Source: Candidatus Marinacidobacterales bacterium
GTDB taxonomy: Bacteria; Acidobacteriota; Vicinamibacteria; Marinacidobacterales; SMYC01
Length of the DNA: 64,000 bases
Assembly: GCA_965237955.1 (NCBI GenBank)
Contig: OZ250169.1
Span: 7,904,001 to 7,968,000 of the forward strand
Reading direction: 5' to 3'
The notes below the pieces were generated by a model. It was not told where the DNA came from and ran no database searches. It saw only the letters and a list, made by a program, of their open reading frames with translations. This document shows, piece after piece, positions 9,018 to 18,108 of this stretch (positions within the stretch are counted from its first letter, which is position 1; every line of letters starts with the position of its first letter). Position numbers and translations under genes: made by a program.

Positions 9018-12000
9018 CCGCCGACCCCAAAGGTCGAGGCCTCTTCATCGTCGACAACAGCGTTTCCGGCTGGACGGGGCTCCGCTATCTCGAAGAGTGG
9101 TCCGGCATCGCCAAGGCGTTCGATATTGCGACGGGGTACTTCGAGATCGGCGCCTTGCTCGCCCTCGATGGCCAGTGGCAGTCACTTGACAACATCCGGA
9201 TTCTGATGGGCGCCGAGACGACGTATCGCACGCGCACAGCGCTGCTCGACGCTGTGCGGGCGCACGCGGTTCAGATCCTCGACGGGAGCCTTGAGGCGAA
9301 CAAGGATACCAACCCGTTCTTGCACGGCGTCCCGGCGATTCTCGACGCGCTGCGCTCCGGTCAGATCGAGTGCCGTGTCTACGACAAGAACAAGTTCCAC
9401 GCCAAGGCGTACATCACGCACGCGAAGCTTGAGGTGGTCGGCTCGCAGGCGCTGGTCGGGTCGAGCAACTTCACAGCACCTGGTCTTACGAAGAACATCG
9501 AGCTCAACATTCAGGTCCAGAGCGCACGCGAGGTTGCCCAACTTCAGGAGTGGTTCGAGGCGCACTGGAACGAGGCGGTCGAGGTCACTGACGCGATCGT
9601 CGAGATCATCTCGCGCCACACTGACCGCTACACGCCGTTCGATGTCTACGCCAAGGCGCTGCAGGAATACTTCCGCGGCCACGAGCTGACTGCGACCGAG
9701 TGGGATGAAACTCGCTCGAAGATGTTTTCCAGGATCGACCGCTATCAGCAAGAGGCCTACCGGGTGCTCATGAAGATTGCCCGCCAGCATGGCGGCGCGT
9801 TCCTGTGCGACGGCGTCGGCCTCGGCAAGACCTTCGTCGGCCTGATGCTGATCGAGCGGTTGGTGCTGCACGAAGGGAAGCGCGTGGTGCTCTTCGCTCC
9901 CAAGGCGACGAAGGAGGGCGTCTGGGAACCGCACCTGCGCGAGTGGTTGCCGCACATCGGCGGCGTCGGTGGGAACGCGGACTTCAGCAACCTCGCGGTC
10001 TTCAGCCACACGGACCTCGGACGCAAGGGTGACTTCCCGGAGAGGTTCCGACGCATCGCCGAGCTTGCAGACATCGTGGTGATCGACGAAGCGCACCACT
10101 TCCGCAACCCAGGGACACGGGGCGACGATGATGAGGACGCGGAACCGTCGCGCTACTATCGCCTCTACGACCTGCTCGACAACGCGGAGCGGCCCAAAAC
10201 CCTTTTCATGCTCACCGCCACGCCGATCAACAACCGGCTGAGCGACTTTCGGCACATGGCCGAGCTGTTCACGCGCCGAGACGAGACGTACTTCGCCCGC
10301 ACGTTGGGCGTCAACAACCTGCGCGCGCACTTCAACCAGATGGAGAAGGCCCTGCGCAATCGAGTCGGACACGACCTGACCGATGTCTCCGAACAGTTGA
10401 CCGAGACGCATGAGATCCTCTTCTCCGACCAGATCTTCCGCCACCTCGTCGTGCAGCGCAGCCGCGCCTACGCGCGCGAAAGCCAGATCCGCGAGACGGG
10501 GAAGACGGTCGCCTTCCCCGAGCGCAAGCCGCCGCAGGTAGCCGCGTACTCCATTCGTAAGACCTACGGGCGGCTGCTCGACATGTTCGAGAACGCGTTC
10601 ACGCGGCTGAACCCGCTGTTCGCGCTCCCGATGTACTACCCACTCGCCTGGTACAAGGGACCGGACACAAGCATCGATCCGTTCGAACAGAACCGGCAGA
10701 AGCAAGTCGTTGGCCTGATCCGTACGAACTTCCTCAAGCGCTTCGAAAGCTCCGTTGTCGCGTTCGAACTCTCCTGCGACCGGCTGCTCCGGAAGCTTCT
10801 GGCCTTCCTCAAGGTTCACAGCGAGACCGCTGCGGAGAAGAAGAAGCTTGAGCACTGGAAATCCGACAACGCTGAGATCCTTGGCTACGCACGTAGTCGG
10901 CAACTCGAGTTTTGGGGTCAGGACGGAGACGAGTCGGAGGACGAAGACATCGTTCCCCCGGAGATGCTAAACGCTGTTAAGAGGCTGGACAGAAAGCAGT
11001 TTGATGTACCAGCCATGATCACGGAAACTTTTCGTGATCTTGACCAGCTTGCGCACTTCACTGCCGAGGCCCGGAAGTTCGAGCCCAAGCACGACGATAA
11101 GCTCCAGAAGCTCAGTCGGCTGCTCAAGGCGAAAGAACTTGCCGACCAGAAGGTCCTCATCTTCACCGAGTTCGCCGACACTGCCCGCTACCTGAGGCGC
11201 CAACTCGGTCAAGCCGGCATTGACGGCGTCGCCCAGGTCGACAGCGCCTCCAAAGGCAACCGCGCCGACGTCATCCAGCGCTTCTCGCCCTACTACAACG
11301 GCCTCTCCTCGGCAGAGCTCGCTGAGAAGGGCCGCACGGAGATCCGCGTCCTCATTTCCACGGACGTCCTGTCCGAGGGCCTGAACCTCCAGGACGCGTC
11401 GCGAATGATCAACTACGACATCCACTGGAACCCGGTTCGTCTGATGCAGCGCATCGGCCGCGTGGATCGGCGCATGAATCCGGAAATCGAGAAACGACTG
11501 GTCGCCGACCACCCGGAGGTCGCTGGCTCCCGTGGGAAGGTGAGCTTCTGGAACTTCCTGCCGCCTGACGAGCTGAACGAGATCCTCACGCTCTACACCA
11601 AGGTCACGCAGAAGACGCTGCTGATCTCGAAGACGCTCGGGATCGAGGGCAAGAAGCTCCTGACCCCCAAGGACAACTTCGCCGCGCTCAAAGAGTTCAA
11701 TCACGCCTACGAGGGCACCAAGACCGCGGTCGAAGACATGCACCTCAAGTACCAGGCGCTGCTTCAGGCCGACCCCGAGCTGGAGGTGCGCCTCAAGCGC
11801 CTGCCCGGCGCCACCTTCAGCGGCCGTAAGCGCGTGGCCCAAGGGGCGCGCGGCGTGTTCTTCTGCTACACGCTTCCCGCCCTCGACAAGGAGGCGGGCG
11901 AGTTCACCGAGGCGGCGGGCACGACCCGCTGGTACCTCTACGACCTCGAACGCAAAGCCATTCTCGAAGAGCCGGGCGAGATCGTCGCGAGCATCCGCTC

Positions 12001-12163
12001 GAAGCCCGAGACGTCCCGGCGCTGCACCACGGAGGAGAAGACGCTCCTCCACATCCGCAAGCAGATCGAGAGGCACATCAAAAACAGCTACCTGAAGCGC
12101 GTGGACGCCCCCGTCGGCGTCAAGCCGCAGCTTCGCTGCTGGATGGAACTGAACGAGGGCTGA
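9014..12163 (+). CDS. PLD-nuclease / SNF2-family helicase fusion
   Basis: FHAKAY...GSSN PLD motif, DGVGLGKT Walker A, DEAH, TATP, SEGLNLQ, QRIGRVDR. Confidence 0.92.
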   Translation: MTADPKGRGLFIVDNSVSGWTGLRYLEEWSGIAKAFDIATGYFEIGALLALDGQWQSLDNIRILMGAETTYRTRTALLDAVRAHAVQILDGSLEANKDTNPFLHGVPAILDALRSGQIECRVYDKNKFHAKAYITHAKLEVVGSQALVGSSNFTAPGLTKNIELNIQVQSAREVAQLQEWFEAHWNEAVEVTDAIVEIISRHTDRYTPFDVYAKALQEYFRGHELTATEWDETRSKMFSRIDRYQQEAYRVLMKIARQHGGAFLCDGVGLGKTFVGLMLIERLVLHEGKRVVLFAPKATKEGVWEPHLREWLPHIGGVGGNADFSNLAVFSHTDLGRKGDFPERFRRIAELADIVVIDEAHHFRNPGTRGDDDEDAEPSRYYRLYDLLDNAERPKTLFMLTATPINNRLSDFRHMAELFTRRDETYFARTLGVNNLRAHFNQMEKALRNRVGHDLTDVSEQLTETHEILFSDQIFRHLVVQRSRAYARESQIRETGKTVAFPERKPPQVAAYSIRKTYGRLLDMFENAFTRLNPLFALPMYYPLAWYKGPDTSIDPFEQNRQKQVVGLIRTNFLKRFESSVVAFELSCDRLLRKLLAFLKVHSETAAEKKKLEHWKSDNAEILGYARSRQLEFWGQDGDESEDEDIVPPEMLNAVKRLDRKQFDVPAMITETFRDLDQLAHFTAEARKFEPKHDDKLQKLSRLLKAKELADQKVLIFTEFADTARYLRRQLGQAGIDGVAQVDSASKGNRADVIQRFSPYYNGLSSAELAEKGRTEIRVLISTDVLSEGLNLQDASRMINYDIHWNPVRLMQRIGRVDRRMNPEIEKRLVADHPEVAGSRGKVSFWNFLPPDELNEILTLYTKVTQKTLLISKTLGIEGKKLLTPKDNFAALKEFNHAYEGTKTAVEDMHLKYQALLQADPELEVRLKRLPGATFSGRKRVAQGARGVFFCYTLPALDKEAGEFTEAAGTTRWYLYDLERKAILEEPGEIVASIRSKPETSRRCTTEEKTLLHIRKQIERHIKNSYLKRVDAPVGVKPQLRCWMELNEG

Positions 12164-12167
12164 ACCG

Positions 12168-15100
12168 ATGCCGACCGACCACCGCGAACGCCTCGCACGC
12201 ATCCGCCGCTTCGACCAGCTCATCGCCTACCTGCGCGACGAGCTCGGCTGGCCGATCGATTCGGACGACTTCGAGGAGCTGACCTTCGAGTACACCCCGG
12301 AGGAGCTCGGGATCGACGCGAAGAACGCGGCCAAGATCCAGGAGATCAAGCGCCTGCGCCCGCTCGTGCCGGGCCAGCCCTGGGGCATCTTCTTCATCAA
12401 GTTCGAGCCGAAGCGCCTGCCCGTGGTGGCGCTGCGCCGCATCCTCGGCCAGGTGGCGCTCAAAAAGCGCGCCTCGGCCAACAAGTCCGAGCGCCAAGCC
12501 TGGGCCGCCGACGACCTGCTCTTCGTGTCCAACTACGGCGAGGGCGAGGAGCGCCGCATCGCCTTCGCCCACTTCTCGAAGCCCCAGGACGGCCACGACT
12601 TGCCGACCCTCAAGGTGCTCGGATGGGACAACCTAGACACGCCGCTCCACCTCGACGCCGTCGCCCGCGAGCTGAGCGACCACCTCGCTTGGCCCGATGA
12701 CGAGGAAGACACCGACGCCTGGCGCGAGCGCTGGCGCGACGCCTTTAAGCTGCGCCACCGCGAGGTCATCACCACCTCGAAGGAGCTCTCCGAGCGCTTG
12801 GCCGAGCTAGCCCGCGCGATCCGCGACCGCATCCGGACGGCGCTCGCCATCGAGACCGAGACTGGTCCGCTCACGAAGCTCATGAAGGCGTTCCAGACCG
12901 CACTCGTCCACGCCCTGGACAAGGCCGGCTTCTCCGACATGTACGCCCAGACGATCGCCTACGGCCTGCTCTCGGCCCGTATCACCGACCCCGCGCGGCG
13001 TACCGCCGACGACTTCGCCGCCCACATGCGGACGAACCCGTTCCTCCGGGAGATGATGGAAACCTTCCTGCGCGTGGGCGGACGCCGCGGCAAAGCCGGC
13101 GGGTCAGGCATCGACTTCGACGAGCTGGGCGTCTCCGAGGTGGTGGAGCTCCTCGACCGGGCCAACATGGAGGAGGTGGTCCGCGACTTCGGCGACCGCA
13201 ACCCCCAGGAAGACCCGGTCATTCACTTCTACGAGCACTTCCTCGCCGCCTACGACAAGAAGCAGAAGGTGAGCCGCGGCGTCTTCTACACCCCGCGCCC
13301 CGTGGTCTCCTACATCGTGCGCTCGGTGGACGAGCTGCTGCGCACAGAGTTTGGGCTAGAGGATGGCCTCGCCGACACCACGACCTGGAGCGAGATGGCG
13401 AGGCGCCACGAAGATCTGGAAATCCCGGAAGGCACCTCGCCCGATCAGGCCTTTGTCCAGATCCTCGACCCGGCCACCGGAACCGGCACTTTCCTCGTCG
13501 AGGTCATCGACCTCATCCACGACACGATGGTCGAGAAGTGGAAGGCCCAGGGTCACGGCGAGAAGAAGATCCAGGCGCTCTGGAACGAGTACGTCCCGAG
13601 GCACCTCTTGCCGCGCCTGCACGGCTACGAGCTGCTGATGGCCCCGTACGCCATCGCCCATCTCAAGATCGGCCTCAAGCTCTCCGAGGCCGGCTACCGC
13701 TTCGCAAGCGACGAGCGGGCGCGGGTGTACCTGACGAATGCGTTGGAGCCAGCGGGGGACGAGCAGCTCATGCTCGACTTCCTGCCCGCGCTGGCGCACG
13801 AGGCCAAGGCGGTCAGTGAAGTCAAGCGAAAGCATCGGTTCACGGTCGTGATTGGGAATCCGCCGTACTCAGGGCTCTCCTCGAACATGGGGCCCTGGGT
13901 AGACGGCCTCCTGAAGGGTCGGCTACCCGATGGAACCCGGACCGAGAGCTACTACCATGTCAATGGGGAGCCGCTGGGCGAACGGAAGGTGTGGCTGCAA
14001 GACGACTACGTGAAGTTCGTTCGGATCTCCCAGTGGCTTCTGGACCGTACGAGCGTCGGGATTCACGGCTACATCAGTAACCACGGGTACATCGACAACC
14101 CCACGTTCCGCGGCATGCGCTGGTCTCTGATGCGCTCTTTCAACCGGGTTCGTGTGCTCGACCTCCACGGGAACCTTAAGAAAAGAGAGATTGCGCCGGG
14201 AGGGGGGCGGGACGTCAACGTGTTCGACATCCAGCAAGGCGTGGCGATCGGGCTGTTCACGAAGCTTGGCTCGGCGGCCGCACGCGTCAGCCACTCCGAT
14301 CTCTGGGGCGAGCGGGAAGATAAGTACGGCTGGCTTCTGGATCATGACTCCGGCGATACCGAATGGACCGAGTTCACCCCCGGCGCGTCCTTCTACCTCT
14401 TTAAGCCGTTCGACGACACGGGCGTTGACAGTTACTACGATTGGCAGGCAATCAACGAAGTCATGCCCGTGAACGTGACGGGCATCGTCACTGCGCGGGA
14501 CGACTTTGTTATAGACTTGGACCGGGAATCTCTTCGAAGTCGTATCGTGGACCTCCGTTCCAAATCCCTGTCCGACGACGCGATCCGGAAGAAATACTTC
14601 ACTGGAAAGGGCTCCAAGAAGTATCCGCCAGGGGATTCCAGGGGTTGGAAACTACCCGAGGCTCGGCGGAAGATCCGCGAAGACCATCAGTGGGACCGAC
14701 GGTATGTCCCGGTGCTTTATCGCCCGTTCGACATACGTGAGATGTACTACGTCCCCTGGATGGTGGATTGGCCCCGGACGAAAGTCATGCGACATATGCT
14801 GGCAGGGGAGAATCTCGCGCTGATTACTTCCCGCATGACGAAAGGTGAGGTCTTTAAGCACGCTCAGGTGACTCGGAACATCGCTGAAGTCATCTGTATG
14901 TCACCTAAGACTTCGAACAACGGGTTCGTCTTTCCAATCTATCTCTACCCCAGCGTCGGAAAGGTCGACGCGTCGCTGTTCAGCCGCTGGCCCAAGGGGG
15001 AAGGTGGTCGCACGCCGAACTTGGACTCAGACTTCATCGATCGGTTGGTGACTGCCGTGGACCTGCACTTCGTTAGCGACGGCCGCGGTGACCTCCGTCG

Positions 15101-15659
15101 GTCTTTCGGTCCAGAAAATGTCCTCGCCTACATCTACGCGGTGTTCCACAGCACCGGATATCGAGAGCGCTACGACGCACAGCTCAAGCTCGACTTCCCC
15201 CGCGTGCCGCTGCCTGGGGGTGCCGACCTCTTCCGGAAACTGGTGAAGGCCGGCCATGACGTGCTCGCCCTTCACCTCCTCGAGTCAACGAAGCTCAACG
15301 AGTTCATCACCACCTACACCGGACCCCCGAATCCCGATGTCGGCCGCGTCGGTTGGTCGAACGGCACCGCGTGGGTCAACGCCGGCAAGACCAACGCCCG
15401 CGAAGGCCATTACGCCACCAAGCCCGGGACTTTTGGCTTCAAGGGCATGCCCGAGGAGGTCTGGAGCTTTCACATCGGCGGCTACCAGGTCTGCCACAAG
15501 TGGCTGAACGACCGGAGGGGTCGCACGCTCGCAGATGAGGACATCGCCCACTACAACAAGATCGTCGTCGCCCTCGCCGAAACGCTCCGACTGATCAAGG
15601 AGATCGACGACGTCATCGAGAAACACGACGGGTGGCCCGGGGCTTTTCAGGCCGCTTAG
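12168..15659 (+). CDS. N6-adenine DNA methyltransferase with Type ISP-like C-terminal specificity domain
   Basis: GVFYTP, ILDPATGTGTF, VIGNPPY; C-terminal YRPFD, DFPRVP, IGGYQV..KWL. Starts 4 bp after the helicase stop. Confidence 0.92.
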   Translation: MPTDHRERLARIRRFDQLIAYLRDELGWPIDSDDFEELTFEYTPEELGIDAKNAAKIQEIKRLRPLVPGQPWGIFFIKFEPKRLPVVALRRILGQVALKKRASANKSERQAWAADDLLFVSNYGEGEERRIAFAHFSKPQDGHDLPTLKVLGWDNLDTPLHLDAVARELSDHLAWPDDEEDTDAWRERWRDAFKLRHREVITTSKELSERLAELARAIRDRIRTALAIETETGPLTKLMKAFQTALVHALDKAGFSDMYAQTIAYGLLSARITDPARRTADDFAAHMRTNPFLREMMETFLRVGGRRGKAGGSGIDFDELGVSEVVELLDRANMEEVVRDFGDRNPQEDPVIHFYEHFLAAYDKKQKVSRGVFYTPRPVVSYIVRSVDELLRTEFGLEDGLADTTTWSEMARRHEDLEIPEGTSPDQAFVQILDPATGTGTFLVEVIDLIHDTMVEKWKAQGHGEKKIQALWNEYVPRHLLPRLHGYELLMAPYAIAHLKIGLKLSEAGYRFASDERARVYLTNALEPAGDEQLMLDFLPALAHEAKAVSEVKRKHRFTVVIGNPPYSGLSSNMGPWVDGLLKGRLPDGTRTESYYHVNGEPLGERKVWLQDDYVKFVRISQWLLDRTSVGIHGYISNHGYIDNPTFRGMRWSLMRSFNRVRVLDLHGNLKKREIAPGGGRDVNVFDIQQGVAIGLFTKLGSAAARVSHSDLWGEREDKYGWLLDHDSGDTEWTEFTPGASFYLFKPFDDTGVDSYYDWQAINEVMPVNVTGIVTARDDFVIDLDRESLRSRIVDLRSKSLSDDAIRKKYFTGKGSKKYPPGDSRGWKLPEARRKIREDHQWDRRYVPVLYRPFDIREMYYVPWMVDWPRTKVMRHMLAGENLALITSRMTKGEVFKHAQVTRNIAEVICMSPKTSNNGFVFPIYLYPSVGKVDASLFSRWPKGEGGRTPNLDSDFIDRLVTAVDLHFVSDGRGDLRRSFGPENVLAYIYAVFHSTGYRERYDAQLKLDFPRVPLPGGADLFRKLVKAGHDVLALHLLESTKLNEFITTYTGPPNPDVGRVGWSNGTAWVNAGKTNAREGHYATKPGTFGFKGMPEEVWSFHIGGYQVCHKWLNDRRGRTLADEDIAHYNKIVVALAETLRLIKEIDDVIEKHDGWPGAFQAA

Positions 15660-15721
15660 TAATTGTGGCGACCCCGGCTCTCCGGCTCGTGGAAGACATC
15701 GAGGATCGCCCGCTGGTACCC

Positions 15722-16038
15722 CGTCCTGTGCCAAAACTCGGCCCTCTTGAAATAGCCGATAAATCAGCAGCTTAGCGTCTGTGTTTTGCGACGGTGCCAA
15801 GGGCTGTGGGCTTTACAATCGTCTGGCCCGAGGGTGTTATCTTCGGATCCATCATGACGTACCATGTGCAAATCCTACTGTTGGTCAGGCAGCCGTTGTT
15901 CGATCGGGCAGCCCTGCTGCTCACACAGACCTCATGGGTGCTTCCGCCATTAAGTGTTGGTAAAATGACGCTAAGACTTTACGGTGCATTAAATTACAGC
16001 CATGGTCTTTCAAAAGGGCCGAGTTTTGGCACAGGACG
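15722..16038. mobile_element. Mini-element bounded by two inward-facing IS481-like left ends
   Basis: Left end + start of the rve transposase, an IS1-like MITE fragment (15937-16001), then a reversed left end. Confidence 0.7.
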
Positions 16039-16052
16039 GGGTAGCCTTTTTC

Positions 16053-16946
16053 TCAGAGGTCATCTGGATAGGCCTGGACGAGACGATTCAGGTCGTTGCC
16101 ATCAATCGTCCCGTAGTAGGCTGGCGTTCCGCTCATCGACTTCGCGACGCTGAACGCTTGGAGTTGCTCGGTAATGCTCTCGTCTATCTTGCCGTGGTAC
16201 ACAACGAAAAAAACCTCTGCGGCGCTGCCGATCAAGCGCGCGATCTGATCTCCGTTCTTGCCCATCATTTTCGGAGTTAGAGTGCCCTTGGTCCCTTTTC
16301 CCTTGAACGCGAACGCCGCCGCTTTTCGCTTTCCGTCCAGTTTCAGCTTCTTGGTGAATAGGTCGTTCTTCTCCCCGCCCCAATCTTTGAACTCGTAGCC
16401 TTCGCCAATGATCTTTTGGATTCTCTTCTTGATGCGACTTTCCGCCCAAGCGCCGAGGCGCAGAGACTTGTCGATGGTATTGACGGAACGAACTTTGCAA
16501 AAAGAGTCGACGTCGTCGATCGTGATCGGCTTAGCTTTGGGTCGCTTGCCGGGTACGACGATGTTGTAGGTCGTCGACGCCGCTGCGCCCTTGGGAGCCT
16601 GCTTGGTCGGGAACTTCTTTACCTTGGATGGATCGTCGACGAGTCTAAGGATCTTGTCCCTGTGGCGTGAGTAGAACTCGTCTTTCAGGTAGGCGTAGGT
16701 ATTCGTGCCATCTAGCTTCTTTCTTCCCACGATTTGATCGGCGTAAAGTTTTTGCGCTTCCTGGTTTGTGCGCACTATGGAAAGCCCCGTCGCCGCCATA
16801 ATCTCCATGATGGTCTTCGCCTTTTTCTTGCCGCGGTAGATCGCTTCGAAGACCTGACGTCGATGCCTTGAGCGTCCGATAGTGTTCACCGCGTGAACAA
16901 TGTTCTCGTTCGAGTTTGCTCGGACGTCCGCAACCTTGGTCGGCAT
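16053..16946 (-). CDS. Putative wHTH + PD-(D/E)xK restriction-endonuclease-like protein
   Basis: N-terminal helix pattern (VFEAIYRG...EIMAATGLS); C-terminal IDDVDSF, KDWGGEKNDLF...AFAFKG; lower GC than flanks. Confidence 0.65.
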   Translation of the reverse strand: MPTKVADVRANSNENIVHAVNTIGRSRHRRQVFEAIYRGKKKAKTIMEIMAATGLSIVRTNQEAQKLYADQIVGRKKLDGTNTYAYLKDEFYSRHRDKILRLVDDPSKVKKFPTKQAPKGAAASTTYNIVVPGKRPKAKPITIDDVDSFCKVRSVNTIDKSLRLGAWAESRIKKRIQKIIGEGYEFKDWGGEKNDLFTKKLKLDGKRKAAAFAFKGKGTKGTLTPKMMGKNGDQIARLIGSAAEVFFVVYHGKIDESITEQLQAFSVAKSMSGTPAYYGTIDGNDLNRLVQAYPDDL

Positions 16947-16966
16947 GGAGGAAAACCACTAAACTA

Positions 16967-17179
16967 CTACTTCTTCCCGGTCTTCTTCGCGGCGTTAAGT
17001 TGTTGTATAATCTTGCTGACTCGATTCATGTCGCCGCCGACGATCTCCCGTATTTTGCGGGTCGGCACCTTCTCGATGCCGAGTATGGTAATGAGGAGGT
17101 TCTCCAGAATCTTCACCTCGTCGGATTTGCGCTTTGCCTGCTTCTTTTGCGCCGCTTTCTTCCCGGTCTTCTTCGCCAT
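16967..17179 (-). CDS. Small basic putative HTH protein (70 aa)
   Basis: GGAG RBS; KIREIVGGDMNRVSKIIQQL is HTH-like; lies 20 bp upstream of the nuclease-like gene. Confidence 0.65.
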   Translation of the reverse strand: MAKKTGKKAAQKKQAKRKSDEVKILENLLITILGIEKVPTRKIREIVGGDMNRVSKIIQQLNAAKKTGKK

Positions 17180-17339
17180 AGAGTTCTCCCGGATTATTGT
17201 TGATTCCCACTACATCGTGGGCGCCGCCCAGCCGCGAGCACCAATTGTTAGTACTTTTTCGAGTCTAGGCGAGCGCTCTTAGTATTGTCAACCCCAATTG
17301 CGCGCGCTTAGCAGAGAGCGCCGACGATCTCGAGACAGC

Positions 17340-17505
17340 CGTGATCCGTAAAAAAGAAGATCGCGTATCGACGGCCAGACAACCATGAGAGCGAGATCCT
17401 GCGAATTCGTCTTCGCCTCGGTGGAACTTCTGCACGCTTTCGCCGTCGGTTCATCGACGCAATAACGTTCTGGAGAAAGAACGCGTTGTTCGCCACGAGT
17501 AACCT
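17340..17505 (-). mobile_element. Solo right end of IS481-like element (family of 61870-62809)
   Basis: Reverse-complement homolog of 62645-62809; a short copy is at 3904-3945. Confidence 0.75.
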
Positions 17506-17643
17506 CGTCCTGTGCCAAAACTCGGCCCTTTTGAAATAGACCATAAATCAGCAGCTTAGTGTCTATGGTGCGCTCCCGTGAACGGCTTGGCGGGTTGCTA
17601 CGTTTCTACCATCGGGAAGCCGCATGAGTATTTTGACCTCACG
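17506..17643 (+). mobile_element. 138-bp deletion derivative of IS481-like element
   Basis: Left end joined to the last codons RERLGGLLRFYHREAA* and the terminus GAGTATTTTGACCTCACG. Confidence 0.7.
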
Positions 17644-17703
17644 GGAGCAAGGAGTTTCTCGAGCCGGGGCACCTAGAAATCTCCCTTCTGTGCGTCCGCG
17701 TGA

Positions 17704-17888
17704 GGCGTTGTTGCACGGCCCGGCGCAAATCGCTGACCTCCCTGTGCCGGTCGGAGAGTCACCCGGCGCAGTAAGTATCGGGCATGCCGAGCGCGGTCAT
17801 CTTGTTGAGTATCTCACACCCAATTCGGTGTTCAACTCGTTGCCTCGCCAACGTTCGAGCCCGCATCTCGGGCCCCATGATCGCCTTG
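17704..17888 (-). mobile_element. IS903-group element A right-end fragment, cut by IS21
   Basis: Slightly diverged match to the 3' end of element A. Confidence 0.9.
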
Positions 17889-17893
17889 TGCGT

Positions 17894-18048
17894 ATTCCGG
17901 GGCATCGTGAACGCAGATTCCAGCCGAAGGTGAACATCCATTCCAAAGCATCGTGAACACGGATTCCGGGGATCGTGAACATCGATTCCGGGGAAGGTGA
18001 ACACGGATTCCAGGCAACGTGAACGCCGGTTCCGGCATCGCGAACGCT
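17894..18048 (+). repeat. Seven ~22-bp tandem repeats in IS21 left end (TTCCRGnnATCGTGAACRC-like)
   Basis: Directly visible. IS21 ends are known to carry multiple transposase-binding repeats. Confidence 0.85.
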
Positions 18049-18108
18049 CATCGATAGCACGTTTCAAGGCAACTCTAGGTCGTACCCGGAAGGAGGACGA
18101 TCTAGGAA

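Noticed and set aside
9182-12223. Long antisense ORFs (also 36038-37510, 45822-46970, 59824-61644)
   Set aside because: These are shadow ORFs of GC-rich genes with no motifs of their own.
17894-18048. CRISPR-like array
   Set aside because: The units are directly tandem with no unique spacers, no cas genes are present, and the array lies in an IS21 end.
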